A stretch of 63,681 nucleotides of DNA, the filler included, from Rhabdomonas costata (Eukaryota), in the NCBI GenBank assembly GCA_019059605.1. It is 25 parts of 25 records of this genome, joined end to end, with 100 filler letters (N's around TTAATTAATTAA, not from the genome) between each part and the next. Parts side by side here need not be neighbours in the genome. Positions count along the whole stretch, not along the records: positions 10,216 to 12,668 come from JAHMHO010003339.1; positions 12,769 to 15,221 come from JAHMHO010003340.1; positions 15,322 to 17,776 come from JAHMHO010003341.1; positions 17,877 to 20,328 come from JAHMHO010003342.1; positions 20,429 to 22,880 come from JAHMHO010003343.1; 20 more parts are not named here. One strand, 5' to 3'. A model generated the notes under the pieces. It was not told the DNA's origin. It saw only the letters and a program-made list of their open reading frames with translations, and made no database searches. The translations under genes were made by a program, and so were the position numbers. Below are positions 12,431-22,860 of this stretch, piece after piece (the first letter of the stretch is position 1; the number at the start of each line of letters is the position of its first letter).

Positions 12431-13134
12431 CTGCCAGATAGAAGGAGCGAGAAGGGAGGCAGCTGAATAAGGGGCAGAAGGTACCACTGGAAAAAAGTCT
12501 GCCACAGACCTGCTGTGCGGCCTCACAGCGACAAACAACATCGAGGAAACCCATTGCAAAAACTCAACCCAAACTCTCCAGCTACCGTACCACACCCTCC
12601 TAACCTCGCCCCCGCCACGGCCAACCATCTTCTCTTACCAATGCTGTCTGCACACGCGCACCCACCACNNNNNNNNNNNNNNNNNNNNNNNNNNNNNNNN
12701 NNNNNNNNNNNNTTAATTAATTAANNNNNNNNNNNNNNNNNNNNNNNNNNNNNNNNNNNNNNNNNNNNGTGGGGGTGGGATTAATGAACTGCACCAGACC
12801 TTGCCACTGGAAGTATACTGATTCTTAGGTTTGGATGACTGGGAAGCTGAATTTGGTCGTCCTTGCATCACCTCTGCATTTTTCTCTTGAAGTTCCTTTC
12901 TTTTTCCCCATTCTGTTATGCCGTGTGCCTGCCTTTGACTTCTATCCTCTCATCTTCACGCAGCGCACCCGAAGGCACTGTGAGCAGGTTGGCAGAGAGT
13001 GAGAGCGAGCCGGGCCCGGGCGATTCACACGGTGGGGCTGTGATTCGTGCTCTCACCACCCAGAGGGGCGCAGGACCACGCGTGTGTGAGGCGGTCGGGA
13101 GCGAGTGAGAGAGTGCGTGTGCAAGTATCCGTGA

Positions 13135-14652
13135 ATGGCATCAGATGGAAAGCGGGAAGTGCTGGGGCATTACGAGCTGGGCAAGGCCCTTGGCAGCGGC
13201 TCCTTTGCCTCGGTGTGTGTATGGCATGCCGGCCCAAGGGCATCGGCCATTTTTAATTATTTTGGGAAGGGAACTGCCAGAAATCAGATTTCTCATATCA
13301 CAGCTCGTTGATATCTCCTTAGGAATCGTGAGGTTTTGGGTCTCGCATTGAGGTGGTGTATCTTCGACGAGCTTGTGCCTGTAGTGGCTGTTCTCGCTGT
13401 GACTTAGGTCCGAGAATGCACTGACCTGAACACCGGACTGAAGTGGGCGATCAAGATCCTGGATAAGAAGATGCTTGTGGACCAGAACATGGGGGTGCAG
13501 GTGCAGCGGGAGATCGCGGTGATGCTGAAGATGAAGCACCGCAACATCGTGGAGATGAAGGAGTGCTTCCAGACCTCGGACAAGGTGTACATCATCCTCG
13601 AGCTGGTTGACGGCGGCGAGCTGTTCGACCGGTGCGCTGCTTGCGTTTCGGACGTTTCGGACAACAGGGGTAAATACGGACGGATATGCTCCGTAATCCT
13701 GCCCGGAGTCCATGTGGACCTCAATAGCTCAGTGGTGCTTTGATATCCCAACCTTGACTCACATTGCCTTGGTGTCGGGGTTGGGAAGGGTGGGCGAGTG
13801 GCTGGATTTGCTAGTCTTCCAGAGGAAAAATAACGATCCACTGTATTATAGCCTATGTGGGGAAAACGGGCTAAAGGAGTTGCCCGCGAAGCGAAGAGGA
13901 TTGGAGGATTCACGCTCTTTTTCTTCAGGATCAAGGCCACGAAGAAGCTTGACGAGGACACCGCGCGGATGTACTTCCAGCAGCTCATCATGGGCCTCCA
14001 CTACTGCCACAAGCACAACATCGCTCATCGCGACTTGAAGCCAGAAAACCTTCTGCTGGTTCCTTCCCTCTCCTTGTGCCATGCTCGACCTCAAACCACC
14101 AATATGCCGGGTTTCGTTGGGCACTGGAAGATAACATCTGCTGGACAGTTGTCTGCCTTCCATGCTTTCATTGCCCCCCCCCCCAATGGCCCTGCCCATC
14201 TGGATTCTTTTTTGTGGTGCTGCTCAGAACAAGGACAACATTGTGAAGATCAGCGACTTTGGGCTGGCCAACACTCAGAGGGCGACGGACTCGGGGCGGG
14301 TGAGCGACTCCATGATGCTGAAGACGGTGTCTTCGCTTTGTCTTATTGGCGCCCCCCCCTCCCTCCCTCCAGCCCTTCCCGTCCTTTGGCAAAGCTTCTT
14401 TTTCGCTGAAAATCAACGAAGGAAATGAAAGCGATGTGATTCCAGTGGTGTCACTTGTGCATACACGCGTCCACCGTCACGCAACCCAACCTGAGCACAC
14501 GCCGTCTTTGTTATTATTTCCGTGTAGTTTAGAAAACCACTGCAAGGCTATGCGCAGGTGTTCTTCACAGAGCAGGTCCTCGATTGCTATTTTGATTCCT
14601 CCAATTTTACCCGTTTTTCTTGCTCAGGTTTGCGGAACGCCCAACTACGTTG
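13135..14652 (+). CDS. Ser/Thr protein kinase, CAMK group (SnRK/CIPK-like), 5' part, exons 13135-13212, 13408-13631, 13929-14058, 14228-14326, 14628-14652
   Basis: [30 protein letters not shown]...WAIKILDK...QREIAVM...HRNIV...[13 protein letters not shown]...[43 protein letters not shown]...[11 protein letters not shown]. Kinase subdomains I-VIII are present and all introns are GT-AG and in phase. Confidence 0.95.
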
Positions 14653-15728
14653 GTATGATTTCTGATTTCATTCCCGGTTCCCCCTCCCCCATCCACCACA
14701 CAGCTCATTTTGGCTACGGAAAGCAGCGATGAAATGCGGAGGTGTATGTGCCTGCTGAGAGAGTGGTGCGCTCGTTCTGTTGAATGGAAATGTTTATATT
14801 AAGGGAGTGGGAGGTTGGGCTGCAGATCGCTTCAAGGTGAGCGGTTCACAATTATCAGAGGATAAAAAAGAAGTATCAATTGGTACGCCACACTCGGTTT
14901 GGTTTGGTTTGGTTCGGTTGGGTTCATGATTCCATCCCTCTGGACGCTTGCATCTGGTCACCACAACAAAATAGAAAAGTCATGTGCCCTGTTGAGGGTT
15001 CAGTACCCATGGCCGCTTGCTCTCAGCTTTTCGCTATCTCTGTCCGCTCGTGCAGCGCGGCCAACTCAGGTCAGGAAATACACTAACGCCACCCATCTGA
15101 ATAGTAGCACATCCATTGAGACGATTTCGCCGACAGCGCAGGGAAGCTATAAAAGCCCGGTGCCGCTCGGTGAAAATTCTGAAAAATCATACGCATAGGT
15201 GACAAACGATGGAGGACCAGGNNNNNNNNNNNNNNNNNNNNNNNNNNNNNNNNNNNNNNNNNNNNTTAATTAATTAANNNNNNNNNNNNNNNNNNNNNNN
15301 NNNNNNNNNNNNNNNNNNNNNGGTTTGTGGTCTAAAAGCCATGCTTATGGCAGCTTGTGAATATCTAACCCTCAGAACCCACCAGGGTACGAAAATGCCC
15401 ACACAAAACCACCTCAGAATGGAGTTTTCACAAATTAACACTGAAGGGAGGGCAACATAGCTGCGTCACTGCTGTGGTGACGCCGAGGGAAGAAACCCAC
15501 CTTTCTCCGTTTCTCTGTATCCCTGTCCCTGCTGTGTGTGAGCTTCTCTATTTGACGTCGCTGCCGCATCTGTGAGCAGGGTATACTGTTGGAGAAGGTC
15601 ATCCCCGCTGACCTCACCCAAAGTATTCGTAACATAAGCACAACAATCCGTCGGAATTTAGAGTTGTGTCATGAGAGCGCGCCAAAATGGTCACCACTCA
15701 CGATGGGACCAAGACACACATCTCTGGT

Positions 15729-17570
15729 TCATCGAAACGGCATTCTTGAAACCGCTTCCCAAAAATCTGAATAGTCGCGAAGGGACTCAATCTTCGAAAA
15801 GGCATTGGTACACTTCGCCATGCTCACCGGACTCATGTGCTCCAGCACCGAAATGGCTGCATTGGCCAAAGCTTTCCAAAGCCTCTGGTTACCCCAGAGA
15901 AGGTGAACTCTCGAAAAGCCATCCACACACACGACGAAGTCTTTCGGATGCATCTCATCCGCCGTGGAGAAAACTGAATTTGCCAAAGCTCTCCAGAGAG
16001 CTACGTTATCCAAGAGTAAAATGACCCTGGAGTAGCCCCCCACCAGCTGGGCAATGTCACGAGAGTTTACTTGACTCAGAGTCGAATGAGTGGCACTGCT
16101 CAAGGCATCCCAAAGATCCTCATTTACACTTAGCAGTGGTATCTTGGAAAAGCTATTGACACAGTTTGCCAGGCTGTGCGGTTCCATCTGACCCACCAGG
16201 GATAGGGAAGCTTCGGCCAAAGTTGTCCACAAAACTTCGTCATCCTCAAGAAAACGGTTCCTGCAAAAGCTTCTCGCGCAGTTGGAGAGGTCCTGCGGAC
16301 GCATTACCGGTGCCATCTCAACCGTTGCCTGGGCAAGAGCTTCCCACAGCCTCTGAAGGAAATAAGCGTTGGAAAACCCCATCACGCAGCTGACAACATC
16401 AACAATGTCCACCTCTTGCCCACTTTGCAGCATCGAAATAGAACACTGGGCCATCGATTCCCAGAGGACTTCGTACTCAGCAAAACATGACGCACGCGAG
16501 AACCCGAGCACGGACTCGGATATACCTCGGGGGGACATCTGCCTCAACGTTGAAAGTGTTGCCTCCGAAAGGGAATACCAAAGATTTCCGTTGCTGTAAA
16601 GAAGACCAACCTTTGAAAACCCACTGACACAGTTAGCGATTCCCCTGGGTGGCATGCTTTCTAACGCAGGTACCACAGCTTTCGCCAAGGCTCCCCACAG
16701 GTCCTGGTGGTCACTGAGAAGTAGGACTTTGGAGAAACCATTGCCACAGGTTGCCAAATCAATGAAGTTCATCTGCCGTGTCATTATCGTTGCAGAGTTT
16801 GCCATTGCTTCCCAAAGCTTCTCATTTTCGAGAAGAAACCAGACCTTGGAAAGGCCATTGACTGAATTCGAAAGATGCTGTGGGCTCATTTGCTCTACAA
16901 GAGAAACCGCTGCTTCGGACAGTTTCTCCCAGAGAGCAGCATCGTTCCGCAGGGCGTTCACCTTCGAAAACCCATTTACGCAGTTGGCCACATGCTGCGG
17001 ACTCCATGTCGAGAGGCATCCGGCTGTCTTTGACAGCGCTTCCCACAGGGATTGATCACCGAGAAGAAAACGCACCTTTGAAAATCCAAGAACACAATTC
17101 GCCAGAAAATGACTGTCGAATGATGGTGATTTTGAGACAGCCACCTCAGCGAGGGCCTCCCATAGCTTTTGGTCAGTAAGGCTCCGCTTTAGCTTCGAAA
17201 AGTTGTTGACGCTCCGAGCCACATCTTCTGCATCGAAGCTCGCTGCTGCAGCAATCACGGCCTCCACCATGTGGGCCTGGAAACCTAGGTTGCGCGCACT
17301 CGCAGGCTGGGAAATCAGCGAATGAATTTTTTGGGTGTGGCGCTTATTGTACATACTATCGCTCTCCAGCGGGTCTTGCCTTGCATCCCGGGCGTACCAG
17401 CGTGCACGAAAACGGTAACTTGGAACTTGCACGTGGCCCATCGAATTATTGCATAAAACCCTCCGAGCGACTGCGCACATCGGGAGTACATATTTGTTCG
17501 AGATACGACGAACTCCAAAGCGGCGTTGATTCAACAGAGCGTCCTGGAGTCCTCGTCTCGCAGATTGCAT
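15729..17570 (-). CDS. 613-aa intronless helical-repeat protein, 13 tandem ~39-aa OPR/HPR-like repeats, Arg-rich N-terminus (possible organelle targeting)
   Basis: Uninterrupted ORF starting at a true ATG. Repeat consensus PxxxANCVxGFSKVxxLxx(D/N)xxLWxALAxAxxxxxxxM runs from residue ~114 to the C-terminus. The N-terminal ~60 aa are rich in Arg and poor in acidic residues. Confidence 0.85.
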   Translation of the reverse strand: MQSARRGLQDALLNQRRFGVRRISNKYVLPMCAVARRVLCNNSMGHVQVPSYRFRARWYARDARQDPLESDSMYNKRHTQKIHSLISQPASARNLGFQAHMVEAVIAAAASFDAEDVARSVNNFSKLKRSLTDQKLWEALAEVAVSKSPSFDSHFLANCVLGFSKVRFLLGDQSLWEALSKTAGCLSTWSPQHVANCVNGFSKVNALRNDAALWEKLSEAAVSLVEQMSPQHLSNSVNGLSKVWFLLENEKLWEAMANSATIMTRQMNFIDLATCGNGFSKVLLLSDHQDLWGALAKAVVPALESMPPRGIANCVSGFSKVGLLYSNGNLWYSLSEATLSTLRQMSPRGISESVLGFSRASCFAEYEVLWESMAQCSISMLQSGQEVDIVDVVSCVMGFSNAYFLQRLWEALAQATVEMAPVMRPQDLSNCARSFCRNRFLEDDEVLWTTLAEASLSLVGQMEPHSLANCVNSFSKIPLLSVNEDLWDALSSATHSTLSQVNSRDIAQLVGGYSRVILLLDNVALWRALANSVFSTADEMHPKDFVVCVDGFSRVHLLWGNQRLWKALANAAISVLEHMSPVSMAKCTNAFSKIESLRDYSDFWEAVSRMPFR

Positions 17571-17876
17571 TACTCAGGACAAAAGCTCACTCTGAAAGAG
17601 AATCAGGCCGGAGGTCGCGAGGGCACAACCACACCGAGGCACTTCTCAGCATAAATCAGAATGCGTGGGGCACTGCACTCTTACGAGCCTCAGTGGTCTA
17701 CTTCATGTCGAGGAACCACCAATCGCAGGTATCAAACACACAAATCCTTCAACATGAACTCCCCAGGAATCCCCGGNNNNNNNNNNNNNNNNNNNNNNNN
17801 NNNNNNNNNNNNNNNNNNNNTTAATTAATTAANNNNNNNNNNNNNNNNNNNNNNNNNNNNNNNNNNNNNNNNNNNN

Positions 17877-18570
17877 TTTTGTGGTGTGCCGGCGTCTTGA
17901 GTTAGAGGGCTGCCCAGGGAGGAGGCGGAGCGACTGGGACCGTCGCCCACGGAGATATGAGGAACGTCGTCCTTCTCCGGCGACCCGCCAACGGAGATCA
18001 CGGGGACATTCGCTATCACTGTGGCAGCGACAAAAACACCCGCCCCATAACACACACGTACACCACGTACACCACCACAAAGATACATATAAAACAGAAG
18101 GGGCGCCTTCCGGACAGAGTGGGAAACTGAGATATGAAATCGGCATGTCCTGCATCCTTTTCTTCCTGGTTACCTGGCTTCCAGTGGCCATGTTGTTCCC
18201 TTCCACGCAATTGCGGTTACCTGGATTCGCTTTCAAACTTAAACGGCTAGTTGCATGCATCTTCAAGAGTTTGTTTGCTGTCTCCGGAAAGTCGGGAGCA
18301 TCAACAAACGCGAAGAGGATGTTGATCCCTCATTCTTCCGAATGAATAGCAATGGAGAAGGGGATGGGGCAGAGGTCGACCTTCCTCAGAGAAGTCGGGG
18401 AGTTTCGAGGAGGGTGCGTCATCCTTGTGCACGAGCAGCAGGGTGCGAGGGATGTACAGCGAGGACGTGAACGTGGCATCCGAGTTGGGGGCCCGGCACT
18501 TCTCCACTCCACTGCGGAGAGTGCTTGAGGTGCGGCAGGTGGTGCCCCAGTCCGCGTCAGAAACCACAGA
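17877..18570 (-). CDS. Hypothetical protein fragment (exons 18570-18381 and 18018 to contig end)
   Basis: GT-AG intron 18380-18019 joins ...LLVHKDDAPSSKLPDFSEE to VIANVPVISVGGSPEKDDVPHISVG in phase 1. Further candidate exons lie upstream near 19200-19290 and 19843-19933. No family recognised. Confidence 0.45.
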
Positions 18571-20429
18571 CTGTCGCACCCACCCACCCACACAAACAGT
18601 CACACATCCACAAGCGCTTCCCTATATACATGCAGACACACAGACTAACCAACCCACAGTCGATCACTTGCCTGCCTCGAAGTTAAGGCATCCGTGCGAG
18701 CAACAGAGGGTTGCGAACAGTCTCTTGATTTCCCTGCTCGGCAGTGTTACGACTCATGAGCCAAATAATTTTAATGAATAGAGAAATTCATTTTCAAACG
18801 GAGACCAAAATTCGTTTAAACGGAGGCCAATTAAAAGAAGACCAAATTCAAACTAATTACCACGGACGATTTAACTTGGCAGCCGAGAAGAGGAACACAA
18901 GCGTCCAAGTGTTTTCCCATTGGCGAAGATGGAGGAAATTAAGCCCATCTATGTGCCTCGTAATCTGTGGACGACTGAACCACTTTGAGAAAGATTGAGA
19001 AAGATTTCACTCTTTTGGATAGCTGAACACGCGGCTTGATGCCGCAACAGTGCGACAAAGGGGAAATTCAAAGGCCCCAACTTGTGCTCTTTCCACATCC
19101 AATTCACAGTAATGTGGATTTTAGCATGCCCCCATGATCCGCATCTAAAAGCCACACATCAAAAGGTCTAAAGGAGAACGAAAAGTACTCGGTTGAAGAA
19201 CCTTGCGGTGCTTGGACGCTGCCAAGGATTTCCGGCGAGTTGTCGGCCCGTGGGAGGACCCACTAAGAGAGGCCTGTGAGATCTCCTCTGCACAAACCAC
19301 ATTCTCACCGAGTCCAAACCCCAGAGGAGTCAAAGAAAAAACCCTCGTCTTAAAAAGAACAGGCCACGACGGCCACCAACGAACAAAAAAAAGCATTCCG
19401 AAAGCGTTGAACAACCTTATGGAAAACACTTCCTTCCGTCAAAAACAAGAAACCTTTTGGATCTGGAGGTGGGGCAGCCCGATCGGTGCTCTTCACTACC
19501 CGCTTGCGAGTATGCTGAGAAGAAAAGACACACAGAACGTGCAAAAGGCATAACTCTGGTGAAAGTCTTTTCCGCCTCCTTTCGACCATGGAGAGCCGGG
19601 GTGGTAAAAGAGAGTAAGGAAACAATTTAAGAATGAGGACCGCTCTGGGTTGCAGTGCTATTGACTCAGTGTAACGAAGCAAATCTACAAAACGACAGAT
19701 GCTCTTTTGTGCACCAGCAAGCGGAGACGGTCGCAATAGTGCTTAATAGTGCTCCTACGAACCTTGTCTTACAATTGACGAGCTTTTGTAGACCGCAGGT
19801 GGCTGATTGTGCCCTGTTGCCGATATGGGTGTAGTTGTGTACCATTGCATTCCCAGACAAGGGATCACGTCCAAGACGCAGCTGGGACTTCAAGTTGAAC
19901 AGCTCAGCTTGAGTTCGCACAAACGTCATCACCTGAGCAAAGGGTCACAAAGACATTAACAAGCTCAAGAAAGACATGAACAACCTCTTGTAATAAAACA
20001 AGAGCACGGATGTCCTCTGGGTCCACCCAAGGTTTCCTCTATAATGCCCATAATTTGTTGTGTCTTCAGTTTCCTCCCTGAGAGGCTCTCATCGAGTTTC
20101 CTATGCAAACTTACTTTCCGTTTCTTCGATATGCGCGGAAAGGCAGTTCCTCTCTGAAGGTTCTCTGTGTCCCGAATATCTGGTTCACCCCCCCACACAC
20201 ACACACAGGATACTCTCCCAAGTTGCAACAAGCCTCGAAATTCCCTCGAATTGTTTTTGCACTCGCTTTGTTCAAGAGCCCTGCAAGGAGCGCGCGCGCG
20301 CACACACACACACACATACAACACACACNNNNNNNNNNNNNNNNNNNNNNNNNNNNNNNNNNNNNNNNNNNNTTAATTAATTAANNNNNNNNNNNNNNNN
20401 NNNNNNNNNNNNNNNNNNNNNNNNNNNNA

Positions 20430-21635
20430 AGAGATGTAAATGAAATATTTACATTTATTAAAGATAAAAATTTAATTAGTGTAACATATAATTCAGTTGA
20501 TATTCTTATACAAATCATTGACAAATTAAAAGACATTTTTATAATCTTTGATGAATTTCATAATTTATCATACACCAATATAAATGATAAAACAAATGAA
20601 ATGTATAAACTTATAAATAATAATACATATAACAAATTATATTTATCAGCGACACCTATTTTCAATATTAAATATGATAAAATATATAAATATTTGTGGA
20701 CGGATGCGATTAAAAATAAATATATCTGTGATTTTAAATTAATTATATTGCAACAAGATGAAAACTTTAATCAATTACTTAATGAATTTCAAAATAGTAA
20801 TAAACTTGCAGTAAAAGTTTATAATTTATTAAAAAATATGTTATATTATGGAAGTAGGAAATGTATTTGTTATTTATTATCAATTGAACAAGCAGAAGAA
20901 TTTCAAAAAATTACAATTTGGATGGCAGAATTCCTAAATATAAATTTGTTATCATGGATAATAACATATAATACATCATTTTTAAACCGACAGAAATATA
21001 TGAATGAATTTAAAGAATCAAAAGAATTGTCATTATTAATCAATGTACACATACTAGATGAAGGAATAAATATTCCAGAATGTGATTCAGTATATATCAC
21101 AAAACCAAATGACAATATAATAAATATTGTACAACGAATGAGTCGAGCAAATAGAATAACATCAAATAAAAATTTATGTTATATTTATATGTGGTGTTCA
21201 GTAAATAAAATGAAAATGATATTGGATTATATATCAGACAAGACACAAAATATAATAGAAAATAAAATTATAATTAATAAAATAAATAACAATAATATAG
21301 AACAGAATATAGATAAAACACAAACTATAACAAAAAATGATGACAATAGTATAACTAATAAAATAAAGAATGACGAACAAAATATTGAAATACAAAATGT
21401 AATAGGAAATACAAATATATCAGAAATACCGTTACAAATAATGTGTGATAATACTAAAGAACAAAACATAAATAAAACTGATTTTAATTGTAAATTTTGT
21501 GGTAAAAATTTTACTGGAAAAAATTATATGGTTCGTCATATAAACATATACTGTAAATATGCAAAAAATAATATTATAAAAGAATCATCTAATAAATTAA
21601 TAAAAGTACAAGATGGACTACAAAATAATTTATGA
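20430..21635 (+). CDS. Superfamily II (DExH, ResIII-like) helicase with C-terminal zinc finger, 5' truncated
   Basis: The frame is open from the contig start, upstream of the listed ATG: ...ISVTYNS...IFIIFDEFHNL (motif II), LYLSATP (III), LLINVHILDEGINIPECDSVYI (V), IVQRMSRANR (VI), then an Asn-rich linker and CKFCGKNFTGKNYMVRHINIYC. Confidence 0.9.
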   Translation, partial: RDVNEIFTFIKDKNLISVTYNSVDILIQIIDKLKDIFIIFDEFHNLSYTNINDKTNEMYKLINNNTYNKLYLSATPIFNIKYDKIYKYLWTDAIKNKYICDFKLIILQQDENFNQLLNEFQNSNKLAVKVYNLLKNMLYYGSRKCICYLLSIEQAEEFQKITIWMAEFLNINLLSWIITYNTSFLNRQKYMNEFKESKELSLLINVHILDEGINIPECDSVYITKPNDNIINIVQRMSRANRITSNKNLCYIYMWCSVNKMKMILDYISDKTQNIIENKIIINKINNNNIEQNIDKTQTITKNDDNSITNKIKNDEQNIEIQNVIGNTNISEIPLQIMCDNTKEQNINKTDFNCKFCGKNFTGKNYMVRHINIYCKYAKNNIIKESSNKLIKVQDGLQNNL

Positions 21636-21652
21636 ACCACAATAATAAGATA

Positions 21653-21679
21653 TTAAAAATATATTTTATATATTTTTAA
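21653..21679. terminator. Perfect palindrome (12-bp stem, 3-nt loop) between convergent viral-type genes; candidate mimivirus-type 3'-end signal
   Basis: TTAAAAATATAT-ttt-ATATATTTTTAA, 17 nt after the helicase stop codon. Confidence 0.6.
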
Positions 21680-21764
21680 CATATAGTCTTTTATTTTTTG
21701 TTTTTTCCTATTTCTATAGCCAAATTATAAATTTTCAATATTGGTAATTTTAATAAATTGAAAT

Positions 21765-22118
21765 TCAGGCTATTATTATTTTTTTTAATTTATCTGCGAT
21801 ATTATTTAATAATTTTTCATATCGAATATCTTTTTTTTCAAGTAATTTAATCGATTCATTAAATTTTTCGAGTAATTTAATCAATTCATCGAATTTATCA
21901 GGTTCATTTTGTTTTTTGCATGCAGTTTTCATATGTCTTGTTAAATTATCACGTCTTGAGAAATTTTTCCCACATTTTGGACATATATTTTGTTGTGTAT
22001 TTTTTATTTTTTGTTTTTTCTTAATTATGACACATGGTGTCTTTCTATTTATATGAGTTTTATAATTTGAGATTTTATCAAATATTTTTTCACATCTTGG
22101 ACATGTATATGTAACCAT
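21765..22118 (-). CDS. Small double C2HC/C2H2-type zinc-finger protein of giant-virus type (117 aa)
   Basis: MVTYTCPRCEKIFDKISNYKTHINRKTPC...CPKCGKNFSRRDNLTRHMKTAC followed by a short coiled-coil. The N-terminal YxCxxC...HxNRKxPC pattern is one I associate with Mimiviridae gene families. Confidence 0.8.
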   Translation of the reverse strand: MVTYTCPRCEKIFDKISNYKTHINRKTPCVIIKKKQKIKNTQQNICPKCGKNFSRRDNLTRHMKTACKKQNEPDKFDELIKLLEKFNESIKLLEKKDIRYEKLLNNIADKLKKIIIA

Positions 22119-22172
22119 TTTTAAATAAAATATATTTGATATGTCTATGATATATATACATATGTTTAAATG

Positions 22173-22203
22173 AATTTAAAATTTTTTGTAAAAATTTTAA
22201 ATT
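22173..22203. terminator. Perfect palindrome (14-bp stem, 3-nt loop); candidate mimivirus-type 3'-end/polyadenylation hairpin
   Basis: AATTTAAAATTTTT-tgt-AAAAATTTTAAATT, starting 8 nt downstream of the stop of the minus-strand ORF 22685-22212. Confidence 0.7.
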
Positions 22204-22211
22204 TATTATTT

Positions 22212-22685
22212 TTAATTTTTCTTTTTATTATCATTGTTATTATCATCATTAATGATATTGTCATTGATATTTAATTTAACAGGCATAGAAATACCTGTGT
22301 CAAGTGTTCGTTTAATGTTATTGTGAATAATCGGACACAAATCAGCAGGTACTACAATCGGTGTACTTTTATCAAATGTATTTGTGCATAAACTAGATTT
22401 AGGACAATTTGGGCTATATTTAAATTGATCACATTTGGAATTTGGTTGTGTAATATTACGTAATTCACTGTCATAATCAACTAATTCGAATGGTTTCCAG
22501 AATCCATATTTATCACGTTGACAAGATTTGTTATTCACAAATTTACCACCATATAATTGATATTGTAATGGTGATGTACTTTCATATAATTCTTTCTGAT
22601 ATGCACATTTATCATATATTAATCTGTTTGAGAAACCAAACGGAACACTGCTATTTAAATCAGGTTCGTTTTCAATTTCAGTCAT
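22212..22685 (-). CDS. Conserved giant-virus-type Cys-containing hypothetical protein (157 aa)
   Basis: Motifs SNRLIYDKCAY..L.ESTSP..Y.L and LVDYDSELRNITQPNSKC...KY.P.C resemble a multi-paralog Imitervirales family (YDxCxY / VDxESEL). Assignment is from memory and needs an HMM check. Confidence 0.7.
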   Translation of the reverse strand: MTEIENEPDLNSSVPFGFSNRLIYDKCAYQKELYESTSPLQYQLYGGKFVNNKSCQRDKYGFWKPFELVDYDSELRNITQPNSKCDQFKYSPNCPKSSLCTNTFDKSTPIVVPADLCPIIHNNIKRTLDTGISMPVKLNINDNIINDDNNNDNKKKN

Positions 22686-22761
22686 AATATAATATATGTA
22701 ACATTTTTTATTTAGAAAAAATAACTATATTAAAATTAAAAAAAAAATATATTTTATATTT

Positions 22762-22860
22762 TTAATATTTTTTCATCTTATTCTTGTTTTTTTCCAAATC
22801 CACACAAATTCAGATTTTTTTTATTAAGTAATCGTGTAGATTGTGGTGGGTTCATAATGA
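22762..22860 (-). CDS. 3' end of a further AT-rich ORF truncated by the contig end
   Basis: Open frame ...IMNPPQSTRLLNKKNLNLCGFGKNKNKMKKY* with stop at 22764-22762, overlapped by a 9-bp-stem palindrome at 22743-22763. Confidence 0.4.

Noticed and set aside
12431-12628. Possible non-conventional intron upstream of the first PARP exon
   Set aside because: A canonical in-phase GT donor exists at 12509, and the upstream exon itself is uncertain. There is no need to invoke non-canonical splicing.
13141-13991. Long minus-strand ORFs (190 and 195 aa) over the kinase, and similar shadow ORFs over the glycoprotein and DUF5672 genes
   Set aside because: They are antisense shadows of GC3-rich coding exons and carry no motifs of their own.
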